From NCBI GenBank assembly GCA_038212275.1, contig JBBQUR010000016.1, forward strand, positions 1 through 64,000: DNA of 64,000 bases. Reading direction: 5' to 3'. Source of the DNA: Planctomycetota bacterium (lineage in GTDB: Bacteria > Planctomycetota > B15-G4). A model generated the notes under the pieces. That model saw only the letters and a program-made list of their open reading frames with translations. It was not told the origin of the DNA and did not search any database. The translations under genes were made by a program, and so were the position numbers. Positions within the stretch are counted from its first letter, which is position 1. Each line of letters starts with the position of its first letter. Below are positions 55,338 to 64,000 of this stretch, piece by piece.

Positions 55338-58247
55338 TCACGTCGGCTTCGCCGGCTTGACCGCGGCGGGCGCGCCGACTGGCTTGACCTTCTTGCCGGC
55401 CGGCTTCGAGGCCGCCTTGCGGGTCGTCTTGCGGGCCGTCTTGCCACGCGCGGCCTTCTTGCCTGCGGCCGCGGACGCGCCCTTCGCGCGGCCGGCTTCG
55501 GCCTCATCACCGGCCCCGGCCTCGGCCCCGGGCTCGGCGTCATCGCCGGGCTCATCGTCGTCCGCGCCCCGGGCGCCGACCTTGCCGGCGCGCGCCTTGG
55601 GAACCGGAGGAGCGAGAGCCTGGTCGGGGTGCTCCCTGCAGAGCATCGTGCCGTCGGGCCCGGGCTCGGTCATCGCGGCGCCGCAGAGCTTGCCGGTGCG
55701 CGACTCGTGGAGGCAGGTCGGCAGGTTCAGCGTGCCGCGGCACTTGGGGAAGCCCGGGCAGGCGAGGAACTTGCCGCGCCGGCTGCGCTTCACATTCATG
55801 ATCCGGTTGCAGAGCGGGCAGTGCACGGTGCTTTCCACCGGCCACAGCGGCTCACCGGTCGTGGACACCGAGACGGCGCCCTTGCAGTCCTTGGTCTTGA
55901 AGCCGGTGCAGGCCAGGAAAGGCCGGCCCCAGCGGTTCACCTTGCGCTCCATCGGGCGCCCGCACACCACGCCCGCCTCGTTCTTGGCGCGGCATGTGTG
56001 TTCGGACAGCTCTGCCGCCGCGGCGCGCATGCCGGACAAGGGCACGTTGTTGCTGCAGTCCGGGTAGCGGCTGCAGCCGAGGTAGGCGCCGCCGCGGTTG
56101 AAAAGCACGACCATCGGCGCGCCGCACACCACGCCGGTCTTCTCGTCCGGCTTGCTGCACTTCATGTCCGGCACGACGAGCGGCCGGGCGCGGTAGTGCG
56201 CCATGCCGTCGCGCGCCGCTTCGAGATCCTTCTCGAAGGGCTCGTAGAAGTCGCGCACGACGGTCTGCCAGTCCTGCTTGCCCTCGGCGATCTCGTCGAG
56301 GTCGTTCTCGAACTTGGCGGTGAACTTCGTGTTGACGATGTCGCCGAACTGCGGCTCGAGCAGGTCGGTCGTGACTTCGCCGAGGTGCGTGGCGAAGAAG
56401 GCGTTGCGGCGGCGCTGACGCGGGCCGGCGAAGGCTTCCTCGTCGTCCGTCGCGGCGGTGGGCTCGGCGCCGGCCTCGCCGTCGCTGTCGGCGCGGGCTT
56501 CGCTGGTCGCGCCGTCCGCGCCCGAGTCTTCGCTGCCATCCTCGAGCTTCGTCCTGCCGGGCGAGTCGTCGGCCCCTTCATCGGGCGGCGCGATCACCGC
56601 GCGTTCCGGATGGAGCATCAGCTCGCGCAGCTTCTCCTGGTCGGCTTCTTCGCCGTGGTCCGCGTACTTGCGGTCCACGATCGTGCTGAGAATGGAGGCA
56701 TACGTCGAGGGGCGGCCGATGCCGTGCTCCTCGAGCGACTTCACCAGCGAGGCCTCGGTGAAGCGCCGCGGCGGCGTGGTGAAGTGCTGGCTGGGCACCA
56801 CGCTCTTCGGCGTGAGGACCTGGCCTTCCTTCAGCGCGGGCAGACGTTGTTCCTCCTCGCTGTCGGCGCCGTAGACCTGCGTGAAGCCGGCAAACGTGGT
56901 GACACGGCCGCTGGCCGCGAAGAGCGCGCCGTTGCGCACGAGTTCGAGCGTGGTCACGAGGTACTCCGCCGGCGCCATCTGGCAGGCGATGAAGCGGCGC
57001 CAGATGAGGTCGTAGAGCTTCCACTGCTCCTCGTTGAGCGCGTGGCGGACGGCGTCCGGCGTGCGGAAGGGGTCCGTGGGGCGGATGGCCTCGTGCGCCT
57101 CCTGCGCGCCCTGCTTGCTGCGGAAGCTGTTGGGCTTCTCGGGCAGGAAGCGCTCGCCGAAGCGGCCCCGCACCAGCTCGCGCGCCGCGTCGCGGGCGGT
57201 CTGCGCGATGTTGAAGCTGTCCGTGCGCATGTAGGTGATGAGACCGACGGCGCCTTCACCCGGCAGTTCGATGCCTTCGTACAGCGTCTGCGCGACGCGC
57301 ATCGTGCGCTTGGCCGTGAAGCCGTAGCGCCCGGCCGCGGCCTGCTGCAGCGTGCTGGTCTTGAAGGGCGGCTTTGCCGACACCTTGCGTGGTGTCTGCT
57401 TCAGGCTGCTCAGCGTGAATGGACCGGCCGGCACGCCCGCCGCGGCGACGAGCGCCGCGCCCTGCGGCACCCCGTCGAGCGGCCAGTTCGTCCGCGCTGC
57501 GTCGACGGTCACCGAGCGGTCCGGCAGCACCCTGGCGAGCACTTCGCGGGCGTCGGCCTCGGATTTCAGCTCGCGACCTTTGCCATCCAGTTTGCGGAAC
57601 TCTGCGGTGAAATTGTCCGCCTCATCCGCGCCCGTATTCTCGACGTGGAATTGCGCTGCAAGCCGCCAGTACTCCTCGGGCACGAAGGCGCGGATCTCGC
57701 GCTCGCGGTCCACCACGAGCTTCACGGCGACCGACTGCACGCGGCCGGCGGAGAGCCCGCGGGTCAGCTTCTTCCAGAGCAGCTCGGAGAGCTGGTAGCC
57801 CACGAGACGGTCCAGGATGCGGCGCGCCTTGTAGGCATCCACGAGACTGGCGTTGACCTTGCCGGCGTGGTCGAAGGCCTCCTGGATCGCGCCCTTGGTG
57901 ATCTCGTGGAAGACCACGCGGCGGATGTCCAGGTTCTTCGTCTTGTTGCCGACCAGCAGCTCGACGAGGTGCCAGGCGATGGCCTCTCCTTCGCGGTCCG
58001 GGTCGGTCGCCAGATACAAGGTGTCGGCGCCGACGAGCGCCTTGCGCAGCTCGGTCACGACCTTGGCGCGATCGGCGATCGGCTCCCAGTCCATCTCGAA
58101 GCCCTTTTCGGGGTTCACGTGGAGGCCTGACCGAGGCAGGTCGCGGACGTGCCCCATGCTGGCCTTGACCGTGAAACCGGGCCCGAGAAAGCGCCCGATG
58201 GTCTTCGCCTTGGCTGGCGATTCGACGATAACCAGCGGTTTGGACAA
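55338..58247 (-). CDS. topA: DNA topoisomerase I
   Basis: IVESPAKAKTI, ATDPDREGEAI, SAGRVQS, LITYMRTDS, AQEAHEAIRPT, GIGRPSTYA, four zinc ribbons and a Lys/Ala tail; TTG start. Confidence 0.98.
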   Translation of the reverse strand: MSKPLVIVESPAKAKTIGRFLGPGFTVKASMGHVRDLPRSGLHVNPEKGFEMDWEPIADRAKVVTELRKALVGADTLYLATDPDREGEAIAWHLVELLVGNKTKNLDIRRVVFHEITKGAIQEAFDHAGKVNASLVDAYKARRILDRLVGYQLSELLWKKLTRGLSAGRVQSVAVKLVVDREREIRAFVPEEYWRLAAQFHVENTGADEADNFTAEFRKLDGKGRELKSEADAREVLARVLPDRSVTVDAARTNWPLDGVPQGAALVAAAGVPAGPFTLSSLKQTPRKVSAKPPFKTSTLQQAAAGRYGFTAKRTMRVAQTLYEGIELPGEGAVGLITYMRTDSFNIAQTARDAARELVRGRFGERFLPEKPNSFRSKQGAQEAHEAIRPTDPFRTPDAVRHALNEEQWKLYDLIWRRFIACQMAPAEYLVTTLELVRNGALFAASGRVTTFAGFTQVYGADSEEEQRLPALKEGQVLTPKSVVPSQHFTTPPRRFTEASLVKSLEEHGIGRPSTYASILSTIVDRKYADHGEEADQEKLRELMLHPERAVIAPPDEGADDSPGRTKLEDGSEDSGADGATSEARADSDGEAGAEPTAATDDEEAFAGPRQRRRNAFFATHLGEVTTDLLEPQFGDIVNTKFTAKFENDLDEIAEGKQDWQTVVRDFYEPFEKDLEAARDGMAHYRARPLVVPDMKCSKPDEKTGVVCGAPMVVLFNRGGAYLGCSRYPDCSNNVPLSGMRAAAAELSEHTCRAKNEAGVVCGRPMERKVNRWGRPFLACTGFKTKDCKGAVSVSTTGEPLWPVESTVHCPLCNRIMNVKRSRRGKFLACPGFPKCRGTLNLPTCLHESRTGKLCGAAMTEPGPDGTMLCREHPDQALAPPVPKARAGKVGARGADDDEPGDDAEPGAEAGAGDEAEAGRAKGASAAAGKKAARGKTARKTTRKAASKPAGKKVKPVGAPAAVKPAKPT

Positions 58248-58549
58248 GGGTTATGTCATCCGGGCGAGGGCAATGAGCACGACGGGCAGGTCGCTGACAT
58301 AGCGGGGCCTCCCGGGCATAGTCAAGCGAAAGGCGAATTGCACCCCCCTGGGCCACCTCCTCGCGGCCTCCTTCGGAGGCCGCGAAAATCCTTGAGGACG
58401 GCCGCCGATCGGCGGGCCGACCGGCCGACCGGCCGGCAAGCGAAGCGGCCAGACAGGCGGCCAGCGGGTGGAGGCGGGACGATCCGCCCGGAGCACGAAG
58501 CCGCGGTCTCCTCGCCCGGGGCAGCACGCGCGCATCCCGCTCCGCGCCG

Positions 58550-59755
58550 TCAGTGCGCGGGCAGCAGCGGCTCCAGCGCCGCCGCGAGCGCCGCGCCGGC
58601 GATGCGATTGGCGGCCGCATTCAGGTGGTGGTCACGCGGGTTGGAGACCCAGTACTGCGCGAGAAAGTGTTGCCGCTGCTCCTCGGTGACCGGAGCGCCG
58701 CCGCGCCCCTCGTAGTCGGCGATCTGGCGCTCACGCTCTTCGAGAAAGGCCGGGAGCAGGTCCACGTACGGGATGTCGAGCCGCTTGCAGGTCTGCGCGA
58801 GTGCAGCCACGGGCTGCTCGAACAGGTAGGGATCGAGCTGCTCCATCGCCGGCAGGTGCGCGACGAGGAGCGTCTTGCCGTCGGCGCGCACGAGTTCCGC
58901 GAAGCGCTCCACGTCGGCCAGCGCGCGCGCCTGGTTGTCCGGATGGGCGGCATCAAAGGCGCTGCGCACCGCGTCGCTCGACCCGAGGCGCGACACGACG
59001 GCGCGGTACAGCGCCGAGCGCCACAACCAGCCCTTGAGCGCGAAGGGCAGCGGCAGCGGATCGACGTACATGACCGCGAGCGACGCATCCCAGAGAAAGG
59101 TGCCGCGCGCAAAGTCATTGGGAAAGAAGACCAGCACGATGACGTCGACGTCGGCGAGCGCCGCTCGCTGCGTCGCGTAGAACGCCGCCTCCTGCGCGGT
59201 GCCGTAACCGCAGGTGCCGAGGTTCAGCGGAAGGATCGCGCCACCGAGCGCCGTACTCACCTGCGCCGGCAGCGACTCCTCCGCGCGCAGTCCGAGCCCG
59301 TACGTGGTGCTGTCCCCGAGAAACGCGACGGGCGTGCGCGCCGCACGGTCCGCGCCGTCCGCACGGTCTGCGCCGTCCGCGCTGCCCGTCGTCTGCATCA
59401 CGCGCCAGCCGCGCTCGTCGTGGCGATACTCGATGCCGTCGATCACGGTGGCGGCGAGCGGGCGGTTGGTGAACGAGAGCGCGGCGTCCGACACGGAGAC
59501 GAAGAGGTTGGCTGCATTGAACGCCGCCTGATGTTCCGTCGCGGCGCCGCGCGAGAGATCCACGAGGCCTCCGACGCGCACGACGATCTCGAGCGCGACG
59601 AGCAGCAGCGCAAGCAGCAGCAGCGCGAGGCCGATCCGCGAGCGGCGTCGGTTCGTGCGCGGCGTTGGCTCGTGCGGCTCGTGCGGCCCGTGAGGCCCGT
59701 GCGGCGCGTGCGGCGCGGAGGCCGCACCGCCGTCGGGTCGCAGCGCAGCGGACAT
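58550..59755 (-). CDS. SGNH/GDSL hydrolase family, membrane-anchored
   Basis: N-terminal TM helix, FLGDSTTYG, NLGTCGYG, FFPND and RDHHLN. Confidence 0.88.
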   Translation of the reverse strand: MSAALRPDGGAASAPHAPHGPHGPHEPHEPTPRTNRRRSRIGLALLLLALLLVALEIVVRVGGLVDLSRGAATEHQAAFNAANLFVSVSDAALSFTNRPLAATVIDGIEYRHDERGWRVMQTTGSADGADRADGADRAARTPVAFLGDSTTYGLGLRAEESLPAQVSTALGGAILPLNLGTCGYGTAQEAAFYATQRAALADVDVIVLVFFPNDFARGTFLWDASLAVMYVDPLPLPFALKGWLWRSALYRAVVSRLGSSDAVRSAFDAAHPDNQARALADVERFAELVRADGKTLLVAHLPAMEQLDPYLFEQPVAALAQTCKRLDIPYVDLLPAFLEERERQIADYEGRGGAPVTEEQRQHFLAQYWVSNPRDHHLNAAANRIAGAALAAALEPLLPAH

Positions 59756-61236
59756 CAGCGCACGCGCCGCACGATGACCGGCGACACGAAGCGCTCGCTC
59801 GCGAGCAACGTGTCCACGCTGCCCTTGTCCGGATCCACGACGAGCAGCGCGCCCCGGCCGGTGCCGTAGACGCCCTTCTTCGTGCCGTCCTCGCCGAGCG
59901 CGAGCGGGTCGGCGTTTGCGTCGGCCAGCACGAGGCGGCCGTCGGCCAGCACGTCGCCGCCGGCGGGATCGACCATGGCGCGAGGGCGGCCCACCGTCAG
60001 GCTGTCGAGCAGCTTGTGCAGCGAGGCGCCGTGCGCGGTGAAATCCACGCGAAAGAGCGCCCCATCGCCGACGACGCCGCTCTCCGTGCCCTCGTTGGCG
60101 TCGAGCAGGAAAAGCGTGAGCTTCGGGTCGGGCACGTCATCGATCGCGCCGTCGGGCGCCGCCGGAGCGCTGTCGTCCGCGGCATCCACGTCGGCAGCGG
60201 CCTTGTCGCCGGCCTCTGCGCCCTCGTCGCCGCTCTGCGGTTCGTCCTGTTCGCCTGCCTCGCGCGACTCGCTGGATTCGCGTGGCGCGTCCGGTTCGCG
60301 CGGCGCGTCCGGCTCGCGTGGCGCGTCCGGTTCGATCGGGCCGCGCCCGATGCGGATCACGTGTCGCTCGCGGTTGCGGCTGCGTTCGCGATCCCGTTCG
60401 CGCTGCAGCTCGCGCGGATCGCGCCCGTCGCGCTCGATGAGCGCGACGGGCGAGACCGTGACGTCGGGCACGAGCAGCTCGACGAGCGCGCCGTCGCGCA
60501 CTTCGAAGAGCACGCCGGGCGTGGCGGCGCGGCCGTCGGCGAGGTGCATCTGATGCGGGTTGGAGTCGGCGTCCATGACCAGCACGCGGTTGTCGTTCAG
60601 CACGACGAGCGCGCCCGGCGTCACCAGCTCCGGCCCGGCCGCGGCGATGGTCGCCTCGCCCGCCGTGTCGTCGGACGCGATCGGGATCGCGAAGACGCAG
60701 CCGGTGTTCTGCCCGAGGTCCAGCGGGTCGGCGTCGCGGTCCGAGACGTAGAGCATGCGGTCGCGTCGCGAGAAGGCCATCGCCACGAGCTTGCGCGCGC
60801 GCGGGTCGCTCCAGAGCAGCGTGACCGGGCCGCCGGCCCAGTAGGTGCGGAAGATCGCGCCGCGCGCCGGGCCGTCGTCCGGCTGCCACTGCTGATCGAG
60901 GATGAGCACGCACTTGTCGGGCAGCACGAGGACGTCCACCGGCTCGCGCCAGCGGCTGTCCTCCGCGAAGGTGCTCAGCTCGAAGCGGTTGGCGGCGTCG
61001 CCCTCGTCACCCTCCGGGCGGGCGCGGAAGATCACGCCGAGGCGCTCGCCGTCCGGCTGCGCGGGGCCGGCGTCCATGTCCACGATGAGCAGGTCGCCGG
61101 CCCTGGGGTCCGCGGACCCGCCGAGGTCGCCGCACGCCGACGTCAGCCCCGCGAGTGCGACGGCCAGCACCCCGCAGGCCGCGGCGAAGGCACGGCTGCG
61201 CGAGGCCCCGGCGCGTGTGGTCACTTGATGCGGCAT
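59755..61236 (-). CDS. Beta-propeller-like lipoprotein with low-complexity insertion
   Basis: TSAC lipobox and repeated blades (LYVSD.DA.P...G.VF, VMDAD.NP...G.LF, LLDAN...GALFRVD). Confidence 0.72.
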   Translation of the reverse strand: MPHQVTTRAGASRSRAFAAACGVLAVALAGLTSACGDLGGSADPRAGDLLIVDMDAGPAQPDGERLGVIFRARPEGDEGDAANRFELSTFAEDSRWREPVDVLVLPDKCVLILDQQWQPDDGPARGAIFRTYWAGGPVTLLWSDPRARKLVAMAFSRRDRMLYVSDRDADPLDLGQNTGCVFAIPIASDDTAGEATIAAAGPELVTPGALVVLNDNRVLVMDADSNPHQMHLADGRAATPGVLFEVRDGALVELLVPDVTVSPVALIERDGRDPRELQRERDRERSRNRERHVIRIGRGPIEPDAPREPDAPREPDAPRESSESREAGEQDEPQSGDEGAEAGDKAAADVDAADDSAPAAPDGAIDDVPDPKLTLFLLDANEGTESGVVGDGALFRVDFTAHGASLHKLLDSLTVGRPRAMVDPAGGDVLADGRLVLADANADPLALGEDGTKKGVYGTGRGALLVVDPDKGSVDTLLASERFVSPVIVRRVR

Positions 61237-61245
61237 GGGAGGTCA

Positions 61246-61255
61246 ATGATATGCT
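61246..61255. promoter_or_regulatory. Overlapping divergent -10 elements (TATCAT on -, extended TGnTATGCT on +)
   Basis: atgatatgct lies in the 85-bp gap between divergent genes. Confidence 0.45.
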
Positions 61256-61321
61256 CCGCCGCCCGCGCCCGGCGTGCTCAAACAGGCGTGCGCGGACCTC
61301 CCCCTCGCGACGGACACGACC

Positions 61322-62404
61322 ATGAAAATCACCACCATCGAGCAGGCCGGTTACGAGCGCGTCGCGAAGTGCGAAGACCCTGCCGCGGGCCTCACCGCCT
61401 ACATCGCCGTGCACAACACCACGCTGGGCCCGGCCCTCGGCGGCCTGCGCATGTGGAGTTACGAAAGCGAGAAGGCCGCCATCACGGACGTGCTGCGCCT
61501 CTCGCGCGGCATGACCTTCAAGTCCAGCGTCGCGAAGACGGGCCTGGGCGGCGGCAAGTCGGTGATCGTCGGCAATCCGCGCACCGACAAGACGGCCAAG
61601 CTCTTCGAGGCCATGGGTCGCTTCGTGGACAGCTTCGGCGGCCAGTACATCACGGCCGAGGATGTCGGCGTCGGCATCGAGGACCTGATGCACGTGCGCA
61701 AGACCACCAAGTGGGTGACGGGCCTTTCGCGCGCCGACGGCGGCAGCGGCAACCCGAGCCCCTACACGGCGCTCGGCTGCTTCGAGGGCGTCAAGGCCGC
61801 GGCCATCGAGGCCTGGGGCAGCGACGATCTCAAGGGCAAGGTCGTGGCGATGCAGGGTCCGGGCAACGTGGGCTTCCCGCTCGGCGAGCAGCTCGTGAAG
61901 GCCGGCGCGCGCCTCGTCGTGTGCGACGTGAACCAGGAGAACGTGGACCGCGCGGTCAAGCAGCTCGGCGCGCAGGCCGTCATGCCCAATGACATCTACG
62001 ACGTGCCGTGCGACATCTTCTCGCCCTGCGCGCTCGGCGGCATTCTCAATGACGACACGATCCCGCGCCTGAAGTGCAAGGTCATCGCGGGCGCCGCGAA
62101 CAACCAGCTGCTGGACGAGGTCAAGCACGCGGCGGCCGTCACCGCGCGCGGCCTGGTCTACGCGCCGGACTACGTGATCAACGCCGGCGGCATCATCAAC
62201 GTGTCGCTGGAGCTGGAGCCGGGTGGCTACAACGAGGCCGCCGCGGTGAAGAAGATCCAGAACATCTTCGAGGCGCTGCGCTCCATCTTCGAGACCGCCC
62301 GCAAGCAGAAGATCACGACGCACGCCGCCGCCCAGGCCGTGGCCGAGGCCAACCTCGCCGCCGGCCCCGCGAAGAAGAAGGCTGCAGCTCCCGCGGCGCG
62401 CTGA
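61322..62404 (+). CDS. Leu/Phe/Val dehydrogenase
   Basis: HNTTLGPALGG.R, RLSRGMTFK, GGGKSVI, YITAEDVG, GNPSPYTA, GAANNQL and APDYVINAGG. Confidence 0.95.
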   Translation: MKITTIEQAGYERVAKCEDPAAGLTAYIAVHNTTLGPALGGLRMWSYESEKAAITDVLRLSRGMTFKSSVAKTGLGGGKSVIVGNPRTDKTAKLFEAMGRFVDSFGGQYITAEDVGVGIEDLMHVRKTTKWVTGLSRADGGSGNPSPYTALGCFEGVKAAAIEAWGSDDLKGKVVAMQGPGNVGFPLGEQLVKAGARLVVCDVNQENVDRAVKQLGAQAVMPNDIYDVPCDIFSPCALGGILNDDTIPRLKCKVIAGAANNQLLDEVKHAAAVTARGLVYAPDYVINAGGIINVSLELEPGGYNEAAAVKKIQNIFEALRSIFETARKQKITTHAAAQAVAEANLAAGPAKKKAAAPAAR

Positions 62405-62461
62405 GGCTGATCCTCCTGCGGCGCGCTTGAAGCGAGGCCTCCGCGGCGCGAGTCTCTGGCG

Positions 62462-64000
62462 ATGTCCGTCGTCCCGCCCGCCGCTTCCGCAGAACACCCG
62501 GCGTCCGGCGGATCCGATGAGCCCTCGAGTGGATCAGGCGCCTCCGGTGCTGCGGGCGCTGCCGAGGCCGCTGGCGCCGCCGGGGCGCCCGTGAAGCACG
62601 CGCCCGCCGACGAGAAACACTTCCTTCACTCCGCGTGGACGGTGTCCGCGCTCACGATGCTGTCGCGCGTGCTGGGGCTCGTGCGCGACCAGATCACGGG
62701 CGCTCTGCTCGGCGCCGGAGCAGTCAACGACGCGCTGATCTGGGCGTGGTCCATCCCGAACATGTTCCGGCGGCTCTTCGGCGAGGGCGCGCTGTCGTCG
62801 GCCTTCGTGCCGATCTACTCGCGCGTGCTCGAGAAAGAGGGCGTGGCGCGCGCGCGCCAGGTCAGCAACCAGGTCATCTCGTCGCTTGCGATCTTCCTCA
62901 CCGTGCTCGCGGCGGCCATGGCGCTGATCACGCTGCTGATGCCGCCGCAATGGCTGGCGGACTGGACCGGCAAGGATCTCGCCAAGGCCGAGCTCATGCT
63001 GCGCTACACGGCGCTGCTCACGCCGTATCTCGCCTTCATCTGCGTCATCGCGCAATTCATGGGCGTGATGAATGCGATGGGCGAGTTCGCCATCCCCGCG
63101 ATCGCATCCGTGATCCTCAACCTGATGTGGGTCGCCGGCGTCATTGCCGCCGCGTGGCTGATGGGCACGACGGCGAGCACGCCCGAAGCGCTCGAGGCGC
63201 TCAACGCGCGACAGGGTTACGTCATCGCCAGCGCGATCCTGATCTCCGGCCTGCTGCAGTTCCTGTGGCACCTGCCGGGACTGAAGCGGCTCGGCGTGGG
63301 CTTCGCCTTCACGCTGCCGCGTCGCACTGCGGAGCTCAAGGCCGTGCTCGCGTCCACGGGACCGATGCTCATCGGCATGGGCGCCGTGCAGCTCAACATC
63401 CTGATCGATCGCGCCGTCGCCGAAGGCTTCCTCTCGGACGGAGCCGTCACGCACCTCTACTACGGCCAGCGGATCATGCAGTTCCCGCAGGGTCTGGTGT
63501 CGGCTGCGCTGGTGTCCGCGGTGTTCCCGGCGCTGGCGCGCATGTCCTTGCGCGGCGACGGGAAGAGCGTCGTGGCCACCACCAGCCTGGCCATCCGCGT
63601 GAACTCGCTTCTCACGCTGCCGGCGGCCATCGGCTTCATCGTGCTGGCCGCGCCGATCGTGGCCCTGCTCTTCGAGCACGGCCACTTCGATGCCTCGGCC
63701 TCCGCGCTGACGGGGCGAGCCCTCATCGGCTTCTCGCTGGGCATCCCGTTCGCCGGCATGAACATGCTGCTGGCCCGCGCCTTCTACGCCCACGGCGACG
63801 TGCGCACGCCGATGCGCATCGGGTTGTTGGCCGTCGCGGTCAACGTCTTGCTCGATTTCGCGCTTGTCGGGCCGTTCGCGGAGCTGGGCCTCGCGCTGGC
63901 AACCTCGGTGGCGACGGCCGTCAATTCGTGGATGCTGCTCACGGCCTTCCGCGCGCGGATGAGGCTGCCGCGCGAGGAGCGCCTGCTCTCGGGCCTGGCT
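62462..64000 (+). CDS. murJ: Lipid II flippase MurJ, partial (runs off window)
   Basis: TMLSRVLGLVRD, IPNMFRRLFGEGALSSAFVP, QLNILIDR, LYYGQRIMQFP and RAFYA.GDVRTP. Start is 62462 or 62591. Confidence 0.95.
   Translation, partial: MSVVPPAASAEHPASGGSDEPSSGSGASGAAGAAEAAGAAGAPVKHAPADEKHFLHSAWTVSALTMLSRVLGLVRDQITGALLGAGAVNDALIWAWSIPNMFRRLFGEGALSSAFVPIYSRVLEKEGVARARQVSNQVISSLAIFLTVLAAAMALITLLMPPQWLADWTGKDLAKAELMLRYTALLTPYLAFICVIAQFMGVMNAMGEFAIPAIASVILNLMWVAGVIAAAWLMGTTASTPEALEALNARQGYVIASAILISGLLQFLWHLPGLKRLGVGFAFTLPRRTAELKAVLASTGPMLIGMGAVQLNILIDRAVAEGFLSDGAVTHLYYGQRIMQFPQGLVSAALVSAVFPALARMSLRGDGKSVVATTSLAIRVNSLLTLPAAIGFIVLAAPIVALLFEHGHFDASASALTGRALIGFSLGIPFAGMNMLLARAFYAHGDVRTPMRIGLLAVAVNVLLDFALVGPFAELGLALATSVATAVNSWMLLTAFRARMRLPREERLLSGLA

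Noticed and set aside
56406..56663. Intein in topA
   Set aside because: No C/S…HN splice junctions; the insert is too short and low-complexity.
58296..58325. topA promoter TTGACT-N18-TATGTC (minus strand)
   Set aside because: Good -35, but the -10 lacks the conserved final T and the spacer is long; too weak to call.
2195..61992. Very long alternative-frame or antisense ORFs (e.g. 2195..5224, 9778..12963, 27882..30830, 40675..43725, 55224..58130)
   Set aside because: Shadow ORFs caused by high GC3 in well-supported genes on another frame or strand.

Overview
A GC-rich (roughly 70% by eye) diderm bacterial chromosome segment. The gene content and the architecture of the secreted proteins suggest an uncultured Planctomycetota-like lineage (inference, not tested). 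No prophage, IS element, CRISPR array or rRNA was seen. Left to right: a degenerate non-coding 14-bp tandem array; a long minus-strand run (GT4, hypothetical, TIGR01777 epimerase, ABC ATPase/permease, AttH-like lipocalin, tripartite RND pump, PPK2); mutM plus a 38-aa membrane peptide; a Gcr-family membrane protein; beta-carbonic anhydrase; tRNA-Arg(CCT); a radical SAM enzyme whose SPASM domain sits in a separate coiled-coil gene; a beta-barrel; an SDR; a HEAT-cyclophilin; yqeY, sufS-like, M28 peptidase, ispG, dsbD-like, folE; a tandemly duplicated two-gene module (183-aa secreted protein plus prodomain-less matrixin/IPT protease); an 11-subunit complex I operon lacking nuoEFG; a CLC-F fluoride exporter; an M36/M4-like protease; topA; an SGNH hydrolase; a beta-propeller lipoprotein; leucine dehydrogenase; and a partial murJ. 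Strongest leads: (1) the duplicated partner+matrixin module, a candidate inhibitor or trans-prodomain system; (2) a ~123-aa C-terminal domain shared by three secreted proteases from two families, a candidate sorting signal; (3) a 26-residue duplication in the NuoL lateral helix, typical of '2M' complex I, although only one nuoM is present; (4) the split radical SAM / SPASM-coiled-coil pair.
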